NCBI GenBank assembly: GCA_037381445.1
Contig: JARRQT010000002.1
Coordinates: 1-37,049 of the forward strand
Direction of reading: 5' to 3'
DNA length: 37,049 nt
Source: Calditrichia bacterium
GTDB lineage: Bacteria; Calditrichota; Calditrichia; RBG-13-44-9
The notes below the pieces were generated by a model. The model worked only from the letters and a program-made list of their open reading frames with translations, had not been told where the DNA came from and searched no databases. Each line of letters begins with the position of its first letter. Position 1 is the first letter of the stretch. The position numbers and the translations under genes are program-made. Below, in pieces: positions 9,506-18,466 of this stretch.

Positions 9506-11506
9506 ATGATGTGGCGAATTTTATTAATCATTTTGTTTTTCGGAGTGACGGCATTTGCCCAGAGCAATGAAGACTGTTTGATGTGTCATTCGGATCCGGA
9601 TTTAACCGGTGTGAATGCTCAGGGGAAGGAAGTATCGATGTTTGTCAGCGGCGATACTTTTTCCCATTCTATTCATGGCGATCTCAGTTGTGTCGACTGT
9701 CATCAGGACCTGGAAGGGGTCGAAGAGTTCCCCCACGCGGAAGAACTTCAGCCCGTAAATTGTGGTAATTGCCATGATGATGTTGCAGAAGAGTATGCCC
9801 AGAGTATGCATGGTTTAAAATTTATCAACATGGAGCAGTTGGCCCCAAAATGTTATGATTGTCATACCAAGCATGATATCCTGCCGGCATCCAATCCCCA
9901 ATCTTCAGTATATTTTCAGAACCTGCCCAATACTTGCTCAGCTTGTCATGAGCGCAATATTGTCAGCACGGCTGATTCACTTCAACCTCCGCGAGTAAGG
10001 GAAGAATATTTAATGGGTGTACATGGCCGCCTGGTTTCAGAAGGTGTGGAATCGGCGCCGACCTGCGATAACTGTCACCCTGCACACAATATTCGCAAAC
10101 GAATTGATCCGCAATCCACGATTTATAAAATGAATGTGGGCGCTACCTGCGGGGAGTGCCATGTGGACGAATTGTCCGAATACAGCGAATCCATACATGC
10201 ACGAGCCCTGCGACATGGTATGCTGGAATCAGCGACCTGTACTGACTGCCACGGTGAGCATAATATCGCCTCTCCTGATTCGGCCTATTTGACAGCCTCG
10301 CACGATGCCTGTATTGAGTGCCATAACAATCCCAAAGTAATTAAAAAATACGGTTTGCCGGCGACGGTGGTTTCCACCTATGAGGATTCGTATCACGGAC
10401 GTTCTGTACAATTAGGACAAAAGAACGCGGCGACCTGCGGAAGCTGCCATGGAAATCATGTGATATTGCCTGCCGACGAACCATTTTCTACAATCAATAA
10501 AAATAATCTGGTCAGCACCTGCAGCAAATGCCACACGGATGTTACCCCTGCTTTTGCGGCGAGTTATACCCACGAGGCAATGCTGATAAGAGGCAATCCT
10601 GTCAACTATTATATTACGCTGATTTATGTAATCCTTATTGTGAGTGTCATCGGCGGAATGTTTCTCCACAATCTGATCATTTTCGTGAAATACATAAAAT
10701 ATAAGAAGACTGAGGAGAAACAGTATTTCATTATCCGTTTCAGACTGCCTGAAATTTTCCAGCATGCAGTGCTGGCGCTGTCATTTACAATTCTGGCCTT
10801 GTCAGGATTTGCGCTCAGATTTCCCAATGCCTGGTGGGTCGATATGTTTGGGGCGCTGGGAATTAATGAGCTGGGCCGTCGTTTGATTCACCGCGCCGCG
10901 GCGGTTATTTTCATCGCAATTTCGGTGTATCACCTTTATTACATCATTTTTACAAAACGGGGACGCCATCTGTTGAAGGAAATATTGCCTAAAATAAGTG
11001 ATATTGGCGAGGTATGGCAGACAGTTAAGTATTATCTTAACCTGAGCAAAACGCGGCCCCGCTATGATGAATTTGACTATACGGAGAAGGCGGAATACTG
11101 GGCCCTTGTATGGGGTGGTATAGTCATGGGCGTAACCGGCGTCATCCTCTGGTTCCCGACCATTATCACCAGCGTTGCACCAAGCTGGTCGGTCAGGGCG
11201 GCAGAACTTGTTCACTATTATGAGGCCATACTGGCCACGCTGGCGATTGTGGTTTTCCACTTGTTCTTCGTCATTGCCCACCCGGAGCAATACCCGATGA
11301 ACCTTTCCTGGCTTACCGGAAAAATGTCTCTGCGGGCCGCCATTCGAAAACATCCCAAATGGGTTGAGAGAATGCTGAAGGAGAAAAAGGACCTGGATTT
11401 ATTGCCGGAAGTAATTCAGGCCAACTGCACCACAATATCTGATGTGGAAAATTATCTGAAATTTGGCGAGTTGTATGATCAGATGAAAGCCGGAAAAGTC
11501 TATTAA
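9506..11506 (+). CDS. 11-heme periplasmic cytochrome c fused to FdnI/HydC-type di-heme cytochrome b (CbcL-like quinol oxidoreductase)
   Basis: Sec-type signal (MMWRILLIILFFGVTAFA-Q). Eleven CxxCH: CLMCH, CVDCH, CGNCH, CYDCH, CSACH, CDNCH, CGECH, CTDCH, CIECH, CGSCH, CSKCH. C-terminal TM domain with His in FQHAV, LIHR, LVHYYEA, VFHLF, plus YTEKAEYWALVWG. ORF opens at 9494. Confidence 0.9.
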   Translation: MMWRILLIILFFGVTAFAQSNEDCLMCHSDPDLTGVNAQGKEVSMFVSGDTFSHSIHGDLSCVDCHQDLEGVEEFPHAEELQPVNCGNCHDDVAEEYAQSMHGLKFINMEQLAPKCYDCHTKHDILPASNPQSSVYFQNLPNTCSACHERNIVSTADSLQPPRVREEYLMGVHGRLVSEGVESAPTCDNCHPAHNIRKRIDPQSTIYKMNVGATCGECHVDELSEYSESIHARALRHGMLESATCTDCHGEHNIASPDSAYLTASHDACIECHNNPKVIKKYGLPATVVSTYEDSYHGRSVQLGQKNAATCGSCHGNHVILPADEPFSTINKNNLVSTCSKCHTDVTPAFAASYTHEAMLIRGNPVNYYITLIYVILIVSVIGGMFLHNLIIFVKYIKYKKTEEKQYFIIRFRLPEIFQHAVLALSFTILALSGFALRFPNAWWVDMFGALGINELGRRLIHRAAAVIFIAISVYHLYYIIFTKRGRHLLKEILPKISDIGEVWQTVKYYLNLSKTRPRYDEFDYTEKAEYWALVWGGIVMGVTGVILWFPTIITSVAPSWSVRAAELVHYYEAILATLAIVVFHLFFVIAHPEQYPMNLSWLTGKMSLRAAIRKHPKWVERMLKEKKDLDLLPEVIQANCTTISDVENYLKFGELYDQMKAGKVY

Positions 11507-11523
11507 AACCGTCAAAAAACATC

Positions 11524-11560
11524 AAAAAAAGCCGGGCAGTCTCTTCTGTCCGGCTTCTTT
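11524..11560. terminator. bidirectional intrinsic terminator
   Basis: A7-GCCGGGCAG-TCTCTT-CTGTCCGGC-TTCTTT between convergent genes. Confidence 0.8.
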
Positions 11561-13709
11561 ATATAAATACCTGATTCAGCTTCTGGGAAAGCGATTTTAT
11601 GGTAAAGGGTTTGGGCAACACGCCCAGTATGCCCTCCTGAAGTAAATCCTGAATACCTTCCTGTTCCGAGTAGCCGCTGCAGATAAGTACCTGAAGATTG
11701 GGATTTATCCTTTTTAACATATCGAAGGTCTGCTTGCCGTTCATGTCAGGCATGACATAGTCCAGTAAAACCAGATCAATTTCACTCTGCTGTTTTTGAT
11801 AAATTTCCAGGGCCTGATTGCCGCTGGTTGCGGCATATACCTGGTATCCAAGATGCTCAAGAATTGCGCGGGTAATGTGCAGGAGGTCTGCTTCATCATC
11901 AACCACCAGAATTGCTCTTTCTTCCCTGCTTTCAACGGGCTTAACCACAGGCAAATCTTTGCGGGGCAGGGCGGTTTTTGAGTATTCCAGAATTTCGCCG
12001 AAAATGGCGGGCGCTCCGTCGTATTTTATAAATTTAAATAATCCCTCGCAGTGCAAGGAATTTCCGTTTCGGTGTTTTATTCTGAATTTGTATCGCTCCT
12101 CCCGGTTCTTCCCTTTTAATATTTCATTAAATCTGGCTGCTATTATTTTCCTGTCTTCGGGATGAAGCACATCAATGAAAGAGCGCTCCAGTATCTCTTT
12201 GGGTGGGAAACCGCAAAATTCCGCAAATTTATCGTTGACTAATCTTGTGCCGTCTTTTACATGAATAAATGCAGGAATAGAAGAGTACCGCATAAAAATA
12301 TCGTCATGACGCATGGGTGATCTTTCCGGGGAGGAAATATTTAAATAATTAAAAATAGCAGTGGTCTGATTCAGATAAATATCAAACAGCAGCCTATCAT
12401 TTTCAGAAAAATTATTCTCGGGATTACTGATAACCAGATTGAGGAATCCATACGGCTTATTCTCGGACTGCAGCAATCCGCTCAGGATCGACTGGATTGA
12501 ATTCAAATTTCCAAATTGATTGAGAGCGAGCCTTTCTTCATCATTCAATATATCGAATATCTCGTCTCTGCATTCATGCAGTTCGAGAATCGCTGATCCC
12601 TGCTGCATCAGTTTGGACTGAAAATCCTGATAAACGGGATGATCTGATCGATCTTTAAAGAGGGTCAGATTTTTAACTTCCTTTATATCATATCCGCAGC
12701 CAGCCACAAAACGCAGGCCGTCTTTTTCAATCCTGAGAAAATTGCCTGCCTGCGCAGCCGGGATCAAAAGCAATGCGTATTCAATTATTTTATGGTTGAA
12801 TTTGTCTCTGTCTGCATTGATGGCCAGGTCCTTTTGAATTTCAATCAGCAGTTTTAAACGATCATCAAAACGCGCAACAAGAGGGAGTTTCTTCTCCTGG
12901 GGCTGGTCCTCGATGATAATCCCCTGAATACTGACCGGCAAATTGCTGTTTCCGTAATCAATGGTGCCCTCCTCGATTACAGGAATGAATTCCCCCGACT
13001 TCATCCGCAGACGGTAAGAAATCCGGTAGCGATGCTGACCGGATTCGTACGCCTCCTTCATCTCAGATTCAAATTTCTTCCGGTCTTCGGGGTGAACAAC
13101 TCGTTTCCAGAGGCCTTCGGATTGCAAATCCTCCTGAGATAATCCGCATAATAATAAAAGATGCTGATTGATAAACGGGATTCCTTCAAATCTTGCTCCC
13201 TCAATATGAAAAAGACCTGCGGGAATATGATGAAGCGCAGATTGGAAGCGAAGTCCTGTTTCCTCGGATTCAAGCTGGGTAGTCAATATGTAGTTTTTTT
13301 GAACAAATGCCAGCAGGTCATCGAAAATATTTAAAATATCTTTAAGATTGAAGGCCGACTGGTTGCGTTGAGTATTATTGAGACGTTGTAAATTTTCAAT
13401 AACTGCATTCCGTAAGCCGGAAATGGCAAGTAGCAGGTTTTGCTCAGATAGATTATTTTGCTTTAGAATGGGAATTGACTGATCGAGTAATTGAAAGTGA
13501 TCATACGAATCTTTCCCTTCAATGACGTCCAGCACCGAATTGAAAAATTTGGCGAGCCTTTCCTGTCTGATATCTATGCTTGTTTGCATAATATCGATAA
13601 GTGCTTCAATATCCTTCTGCCAATCGGCGAAAATTTCTATTCGTTCATTTTTATGAAATACTGGTTTTTGTTTCCCTGAGTCCATCATCTCTTCGTTGCC
13701 GCTGGGCAA
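11559..13709 (-). CDS. cytoplasmic signalling protein: helical N-domain, PAS, GAF, PAS, receiver (no kinase core)
   Basis: Two PAS (VHPEDR...YRISYRLR; LHPEDR...YKFRIKHRNG), a GAF-like middle region, and a C-terminal REC (ILVVDDE, LLDYVMP, SGY, KPF). TTG start with AGGA upstream; ATG 13688/13685 are alternatives. Confidence 0.85.
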   Translation of the reverse strand: MPSGNEEMMDSGKQKPVFHKNERIEIFADWQKDIEALIDIMQTSIDIRQERLAKFFNSVLDVIEGKDSYDHFQLLDQSIPILKQNNLSEQNLLLAISGLRNAVIENLQRLNNTQRNQSAFNLKDILNIFDDLLAFVQKNYILTTQLESEETGLRFQSALHHIPAGLFHIEGARFEGIPFINQHLLLLCGLSQEDLQSEGLWKRVVHPEDRKKFESEMKEAYESGQHRYRISYRLRMKSGEFIPVIEEGTIDYGNSNLPVSIQGIIIEDQPQEKKLPLVARFDDRLKLLIEIQKDLAINADRDKFNHKIIEYALLLIPAAQAGNFLRIEKDGLRFVAGCGYDIKEVKNLTLFKDRSDHPVYQDFQSKLMQQGSAILELHECRDEIFDILNDEERLALNQFGNLNSIQSILSGLLQSENKPYGFLNLVISNPENNFSENDRLLFDIYLNQTTAIFNYLNISSPERSPMRHDDIFMRYSSIPAFIHVKDGTRLVNDKFAEFCGFPPKEILERSFIDVLHPEDRKIIAARFNEILKGKNREERYKFRIKHRNGNSLHCEGLFKFIKYDGAPAIFGEILEYSKTALPRKDLPVVKPVESREERAILVVDDEADLLHITRAILEHLGYQVYAATSGNQALEIYQKQQSEIDLVLLDYVMPDMNGKQTFDMLKRINPNLQVLICSGYSEQEGIQDLLQEGILGVLPKPFTIKSLSQKLNQVFI

Positions 13710-13971
13710 TATTGTCCTGTTAATATTCTATTTGTACTCATTATCGTATAAATAATTATAAACTTAATTTAAGATTGAGCAATGATTTATTTTTTTGATA
13801 AAAAGAATGAAAATGGTAAAAGAAGACTTATAAAAATAGAGTTCCGTTCTTTGCCGGTGCCGCTATTTAGTAACAATCAACTCCAAAAATCAAAAACGGA
13901 ATTTTATGAACCGCCCACATTTCATTTCATGATCTCAATTCGGTTGTGCATATCACCAAATGTTTCGCAAA

Positions 13972-14958
13972 TCAAAGCAGCAGGGGATGGATACTCTTAA
14001 TCACGTTGACCGGATCAATTCCGATTGCAGTCTCGTCGGAGAGTACAATTCCGCTCGCACCCTGTTTCTGGATATCATAAAAGTGAACCACCTCGCTTCG
14101 GGTTGGCTGGCTGTGCGCAGTCAAATGGTGGAATACCTGCCCTGCTATAACGACAGCTTTCCCAAGATTCTTTGCAATCTGTACTGTTTTTTGTTGCCAG
14201 TAACCCAATTCACGCAGCGGGATAAACGAGCCCAGGTCGCCGCGGCAAAACCATATTTCATCGGAAGCACGGCAAATTTCTACAGGGTTTGTGAGCGCCC
14301 GCGGATGTTCAATTTTTGCGATGATAACCGGATGATAATCCATGTTTGAGCACTCATTCCGAAGCTTGTTAATCTCTCCGGCGTCAAACACATATGACAT
14401 TGCCAGGTGCGATATCTGTAATTGTTTCGCGACCGAGATCTGGCGGTGTTTCTTCGCGTCATCCGCGCCTCCCGGAATGGCTTTGGTCCGTAGACTTATT
14501 CCGCAATGACTGCGCAATTCCCGTCCCTCCAAAACGCGCGCAGTAATTTTTTCAGGTTCCGCGTTGATGATTTCCAGTTTTACGGTGGCATCCTGCAATA
14601 GCAGCACGTCCCCGGATTCGGCATTTTCAAAGATTTGGGGAACAGGCAGCGGTATTTGAGGGAATTCGGCTTTTTCGCCGGACCTCAATTCTACCATCTG
14701 CATCGGTGCTAAGATGAGCGTCTTGGGTAGATCGCCGATTCTTAATTTATTTCCCTGCAAATCCAGGTAAAAATCGATTGTCCTGCCGGGCAGTTTCCCT
14801 TTTACAAATTTAACAAAGTAATTAATTTCTTCTGCGGAAAGATGCGAACCATTTAAACGAAAATGTAGTTGTCGGATGTCATCACACTTTTTTATAAACG
14901 CATCTGTGAGACTTTTAGGGCCGAGGGTACTGATAATTTTGAATTCTTTTTTCGACAT
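13972..14958 (-). CDS. pyk: pyruvate kinase-like protein (barrel and B domains only)
   Basis: ISTLGP, RLNGSH, DLQGNKLRIG, IIAKIE, RGDLG, PTRSEV, LSDETAIG; only 328 aa. Confidence 0.8.
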   Translation of the reverse strand: MSKKEFKIISTLGPKSLTDAFIKKCDDIRQLHFRLNGSHLSAEEINYFVKFVKGKLPGRTIDFYLDLQGNKLRIGDLPKTLILAPMQMVELRSGEKAEFPQIPLPVPQIFENAESGDVLLLQDATVKLEIINAEPEKITARVLEGRELRSHCGISLRTKAIPGGADDAKKHRQISVAKQLQISHLAMSYVFDAGEINKLRNECSNMDYHPVIIAKIEHPRALTNPVEICRASDEIWFCRGDLGSFIPLRELGYWQQKTVQIAKNLGKAVVIAGQVFHHLTAHSQPTRSEVVHFYDIQKQGASGIVLSDETAIGIDPVNVIKSIHPLLL

Positions 14959-15045
14959 GCTGTTTTTTCTGCAAAGATAACGGTTTTCAGGATTTTATGA
15001 AATATATATTTTTTTCTCTCCGGCACATGGATTTTATGAATCCAT

Positions 15046-15074
15046 TTGACATTTCAGGTCCGTTTGTTTACTTT
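15046..15074 (+). promoter_or_regulatory. sigma70-like promoter for the glycosyltransferase cluster
   Basis: TTGACA (15046-15051), 17 bp, TACTTT (15069-15074), 8 nt before ATG 15083. Confidence 0.5.
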
Positions 15075-15082
15075 ATTCCGCC

Positions 15083-16171
15083 ATGAAATTCAATGTATTG
15101 AAAAAACTGGAATTAACCGGAAAACGATTACTGAATATTGTTTTGAGGGGCATTTTCGGTCACAGGCCGCAAAAGTTGCTGAAATCCACTGAAATTCAAA
15201 AGGTGCTGGTTCTGCGGTTGGATCAACGTATCGGCAACGGGATTATGCTTTTGCCGCTGCTTAAGGCCATTCGAAAAAGCAGTCCGGATATTGAGATACA
15301 TCTTCTCCTGCACCATACCGTCGCGGAACTTATAAAGGAATATTCACCGGGATTAGTGGACAATTTTTGGATGTATAATCAGAATGTGCTGCTTTCCCAT
15401 CCCCTGAAATTTTTGAAATGGATTACCAAGCTGAGAAATGAACATTTCGATTTGATTCTCAGCAGCCATAATCCGGATAATTTTTCCCTGTCCCAAGCCA
15501 TATTGGGACGGTGGTGTAAACCTCGGCTGCTGGCGGGTTTTCAGTGGGGCGACAGTGACTATTATTACGATGCAAGCATATTTTCCGGAACTGAAAAGCA
15601 CTACAGCGATTCTCAACTGGATTTGTGGCGCAGATTTGATGACACGGCAGTGCTGGAATGGGGCGGATTGAATGTTCCTCAGGAAGCGGTGGAAAATGCT
15701 TTTCACGACTGGAATCTGGATATCGGGAAGCCGTGTGCTTTGATCTGGTTGGGCGCCACCGGGAATAAAACGCTGCCCCCCGATCTGGTCGCCTTTCTTT
15801 TTGAACAAATTTTGAAAAAGAGTGGAATGCATGTGCAGTTTGCCCTCGGAAAAGCTGATGCAAGCCATATGAATGAGTTTCCGGAATGGATACGCAGTAA
15901 TACTCTGGTCTGGGAAAAGCCATTGGCGGACACGGCTAAATTCTTTGCCGGTTTTCAATTGTTTGTTTCCGGAGATACCGGTCCCATGCACATCGCCGCT
16001 GCACTGGACATTCCAACGCTGACCATATTTACCCATAGCAGGATGGAGCAGTACGGATACCGGGACGGTCAGCGGCATTTCGCGCTGAACTATTCGGGGA
16101 CCGCCGCGGAAAAGGACGCAATTGTGGAAATCCTGCACTTTTTACAAAAATTGAATGTCGATGCCTGTTGA
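15083..16171 (+). CDS. glycosyltransferase family 9 (LPS heptosyltransferase-like)
   Basis: KVLVLRLDQRIGN, LRNEHFDLIL, FVSGDTGPMHIAAALDIPTLTIF. Confidence 0.88.
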   Translation: MKFNVLKKLELTGKRLLNIVLRGIFGHRPQKLLKSTEIQKVLVLRLDQRIGNGIMLLPLLKAIRKSSPDIEIHLLLHHTVAELIKEYSPGLVDNFWMYNQNVLLSHPLKFLKWITKLRNEHFDLILSSHNPDNFSLSQAILGRWCKPRLLAGFQWGDSDYYYDASIFSGTEKHYSDSQLDLWRRFDDTAVLEWGGLNVPQEAVENAFHDWNLDIGKPCALIWLGATGNKTLPPDLVAFLFEQILKKSGMHVQFALGKADASHMNEFPEWIRSNTLVWEKPLADTAKFFAGFQLFVSGDTGPMHIAAALDIPTLTIFTHSRMEQYGYRDGQRHFALNYSGTAAEKDAIVEILHFLQKLNVDAC

Positions 16172-17201
16172 CCCGAAAAACATAAGAAAAATACTTGTCA
16201 TTCAGCTAAGAGCGATTGGTGATATTCTTCTGACCACCCCGGTCCTGCCGCTTTTGCGGGAGCGCTTCCGGCAAGCGGAAATTCATTTCCTGACCAGCAG
16301 CGGCGTTGATTCCCTGCTTACAGGGATTCCTGAGGTGAACAAAGTCATAACCTATCCCTATGGTCCGGGAGACCTACTGGGTGTGATCAGGTTTATTCCT
16401 TCGATTCGGAAAGAAAAATATGATATCGTTATCGATTATCAGGGTACGCCCGGCACCGCTCAGTTGACAGCCTTGTCAGGAGCGAAATATCGGCTGGGCT
16501 GGAAAATGAAGCACCGGCAATGGGCGTACAATCTGCACTCAGCATCCAATACCCGGCAGGAGTATGTGCCTCTTCAAAAATGCGGCATGCTGGAAAAGAT
16601 CGGCGTTGATAGCGTAAACCAGGAAATGAAAATCAGTATTCCCCCGGAAAGCCAGGCGCAGGTGGAGAAATATTTTCAGGAAATCGGTGTGGAGCCCGGG
16701 CAATTTCTGGTAAATATGACGCCTAGGGGGAAGCGGCCGGCCCGTCAGTGGCATCCGGAAAAAATTGTCCGGCTGGCCGACCTGCTTGTTGAAAAATACC
16801 ACGCCAGGGTCTTTTTTAACTGGGCCCCGGGAGAAAAAGAATTCGCTCAAGAAACGGCGGGATTGTCCGCTCACAAAATAGAGGTGCTGCCCGGCTGGTC
16901 GTTGGCCGTATTTGCTGCTTTTCTGTCCCGAGCGGATCTGCATTTTTCCTACGACAATGGTCCCAAGCACCTGGCGATGGCTGCCGGAACATCCTCATTA
17001 TCTTTATTTGCCACCGATCCGCCGGCCTTATGGAATCCGCTGCATGACCCGGATCACCCGTTTATTTTGTCTGATGTTCCCTGCCGCTTTTGCGGATTAC
17101 GCAACTGCAGCCTCATGATCTGCATGAAACAGATCGAACCGGAGGATGTGCTTCGGGAAATTGAGCAAATACCGGCGGTCAGAAAAAAATTGGGTTTGTG
17201 A
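16155..17201 (+). CDS. glycosyltransferase family 9 (WaaF/WaaQ-like heptosyltransferase)
   Basis: KILVIQLRAIGDILLTTP, YDNGPKHLAMAAG, C-terminal CRFC...C...CM; overlaps the upstream gene. Confidence 0.9.
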   Translation: MSMPVDPKNIRKILVIQLRAIGDILLTTPVLPLLRERFRQAEIHFLTSSGVDSLLTGIPEVNKVITYPYGPGDLLGVIRFIPSIRKEKYDIVIDYQGTPGTAQLTALSGAKYRLGWKMKHRQWAYNLHSASNTRQEYVPLQKCGMLEKIGVDSVNQEMKISIPPESQAQVEKYFQEIGVEPGQFLVNMTPRGKRPARQWHPEKIVRLADLLVEKYHARVFFNWAPGEKEFAQETAGLSAHKIEVLPGWSLAVFAAFLSRADLHFSYDNGPKHLAMAAGTSSLSLFATDPPALWNPLHDPDHPFILSDVPCRFCGLRNCSLMICMKQIEPEDVLREIEQIPAVRKKLGL

Positions 17202-17287
17202 ATTCTGCGAGGATGATTTCGCGGATCTGCAATGCAAAATAAATTACAGTCATGAGGATTTTTCAATTGGTTTCATGAAGGGGAATC

Positions 17288-18430
17288 TTGAATTTGGCTT
17301 CACAGTCTGACAAATTGCGGATTCTGGAGATCTGCTTCAGCAATGGTAAAGGCGGTCTGGAATTGTACATGGCCAACATCGGCCAATACCTGGCAGAACG
17401 GGGACACCAGGTATGGTATGGCGCCAAAGCGGATAGTTTCTTATACGAAAAATTGAGCACTCGGGAAGTGTCGCTCTTTCCGATGACCCCCAAACGGCGT
17501 TACCTGGATTTTAAAATCGCCAATAAAATAGCAGCAACCATCCGTGAGAATAAAATCGATATTATTCACGCGCATCAATCCGCGGATCTGAGCACACTAA
17601 TACTATCCAGGAATAAAGCAGGCCGGGGAAAGCTTGTTTTTACGCAGCAAATGGAATCCAGCCGCACAAAAAAGGATCTCTTTCATCGCTGGGTCTACGG
17701 AAATCTGGACGCGCTGATTGCGATTACCGACCGCATCAAAAATCAGGCGGAAAAAAATACACCACTGCCTCCTCAGAAAATCCACAGATTGTATTACGGC
17801 ATTGATCTGAAGCGGTTTAAGCCTGATCCCCGGCAGCGTGATTCTTCCCGCAAAAAATTCGGAATCTCCTCTGAGGAAGTTGCCATTGGTATGGTCGGAA
17901 GGTTGGAGGAAGGGAAAGGACAGCATATCCTGCTGCAAGGCATGGGACGGCTGCAGGAGCAGCTGCCGCGTGTAAAAGTGCTGCTGATCGGATCGGAAAC
18001 GGTAGGGCAGAGGGGCTATGAAAGCCGTCTGAAGCGCCTGGCCGAAGAATTGGGGATTGGACAGCGGGTTATCTTTACAGGGTTTCAGGAGGACGTTCCG
18101 GCGGTTTCGGCTGCGCTGGATATCACGGTCCTGGCCACCAAAAAGGAAACCTTTGGATTATCACTTATTGAAACCATGGCCCAGGAAATTGCTCCCATCG
18201 GAACGGCAGCCGGGGGAGTGCCGGAAATCATCGAGGATGACATGAATGGCCTGCTGGTACCGTCTTTTGATATTGATGCCCTGGCAAATGCCCTGCAAAA
18301 ATTGATCAATGATCCGGCACTCAGGAAACGGTTGGGAGTCCGTGCCCGTAAGACAGTTCAGGAAAAATTCAATCTGGAAAACCATCTGGCAGGTCTTGAA
18401 AAAATATTTTTTGATGTGATTAATCGCTAA
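17288..18430 (+). CDS. glycosyltransferase family 4
   Basis: GGLE, DIIHAH, VGRLEEGKGQ, ETFGLSLIETMA, GGVPEII. Confidence 0.92.
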   Translation: MNLASQSDKLRILEICFSNGKGGLELYMANIGQYLAERGHQVWYGAKADSFLYEKLSTREVSLFPMTPKRRYLDFKIANKIAATIRENKIDIIHAHQSADLSTLILSRNKAGRGKLVFTQQMESSRTKKDLFHRWVYGNLDALIAITDRIKNQAEKNTPLPPQKIHRLYYGIDLKRFKPDPRQRDSSRKKFGISSEEVAIGMVGRLEEGKGQHILLQGMGRLQEQLPRVKVLLIGSETVGQRGYESRLKRLAEELGIGQRVIFTGFQEDVPAVSAALDITVLATKKETFGLSLIETMAQEIAPIGTAAGGVPEIIEDDMNGLLVPSFDIDALANALQKLINDPALRKRLGVRARKTVQEKFNLENHLAGLEKIFFDVINR

Positions 18431-18466
18431 ATTCAATTTATCTTTGAATGAAAAATCCATTGAATT

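Noticed and set aside
13782..14349. Plus-strand ORFs 13782-14000 and 13960-14349
   Set aside because: Antisense to pyk or low-complexity intergenic; no recognisable features.
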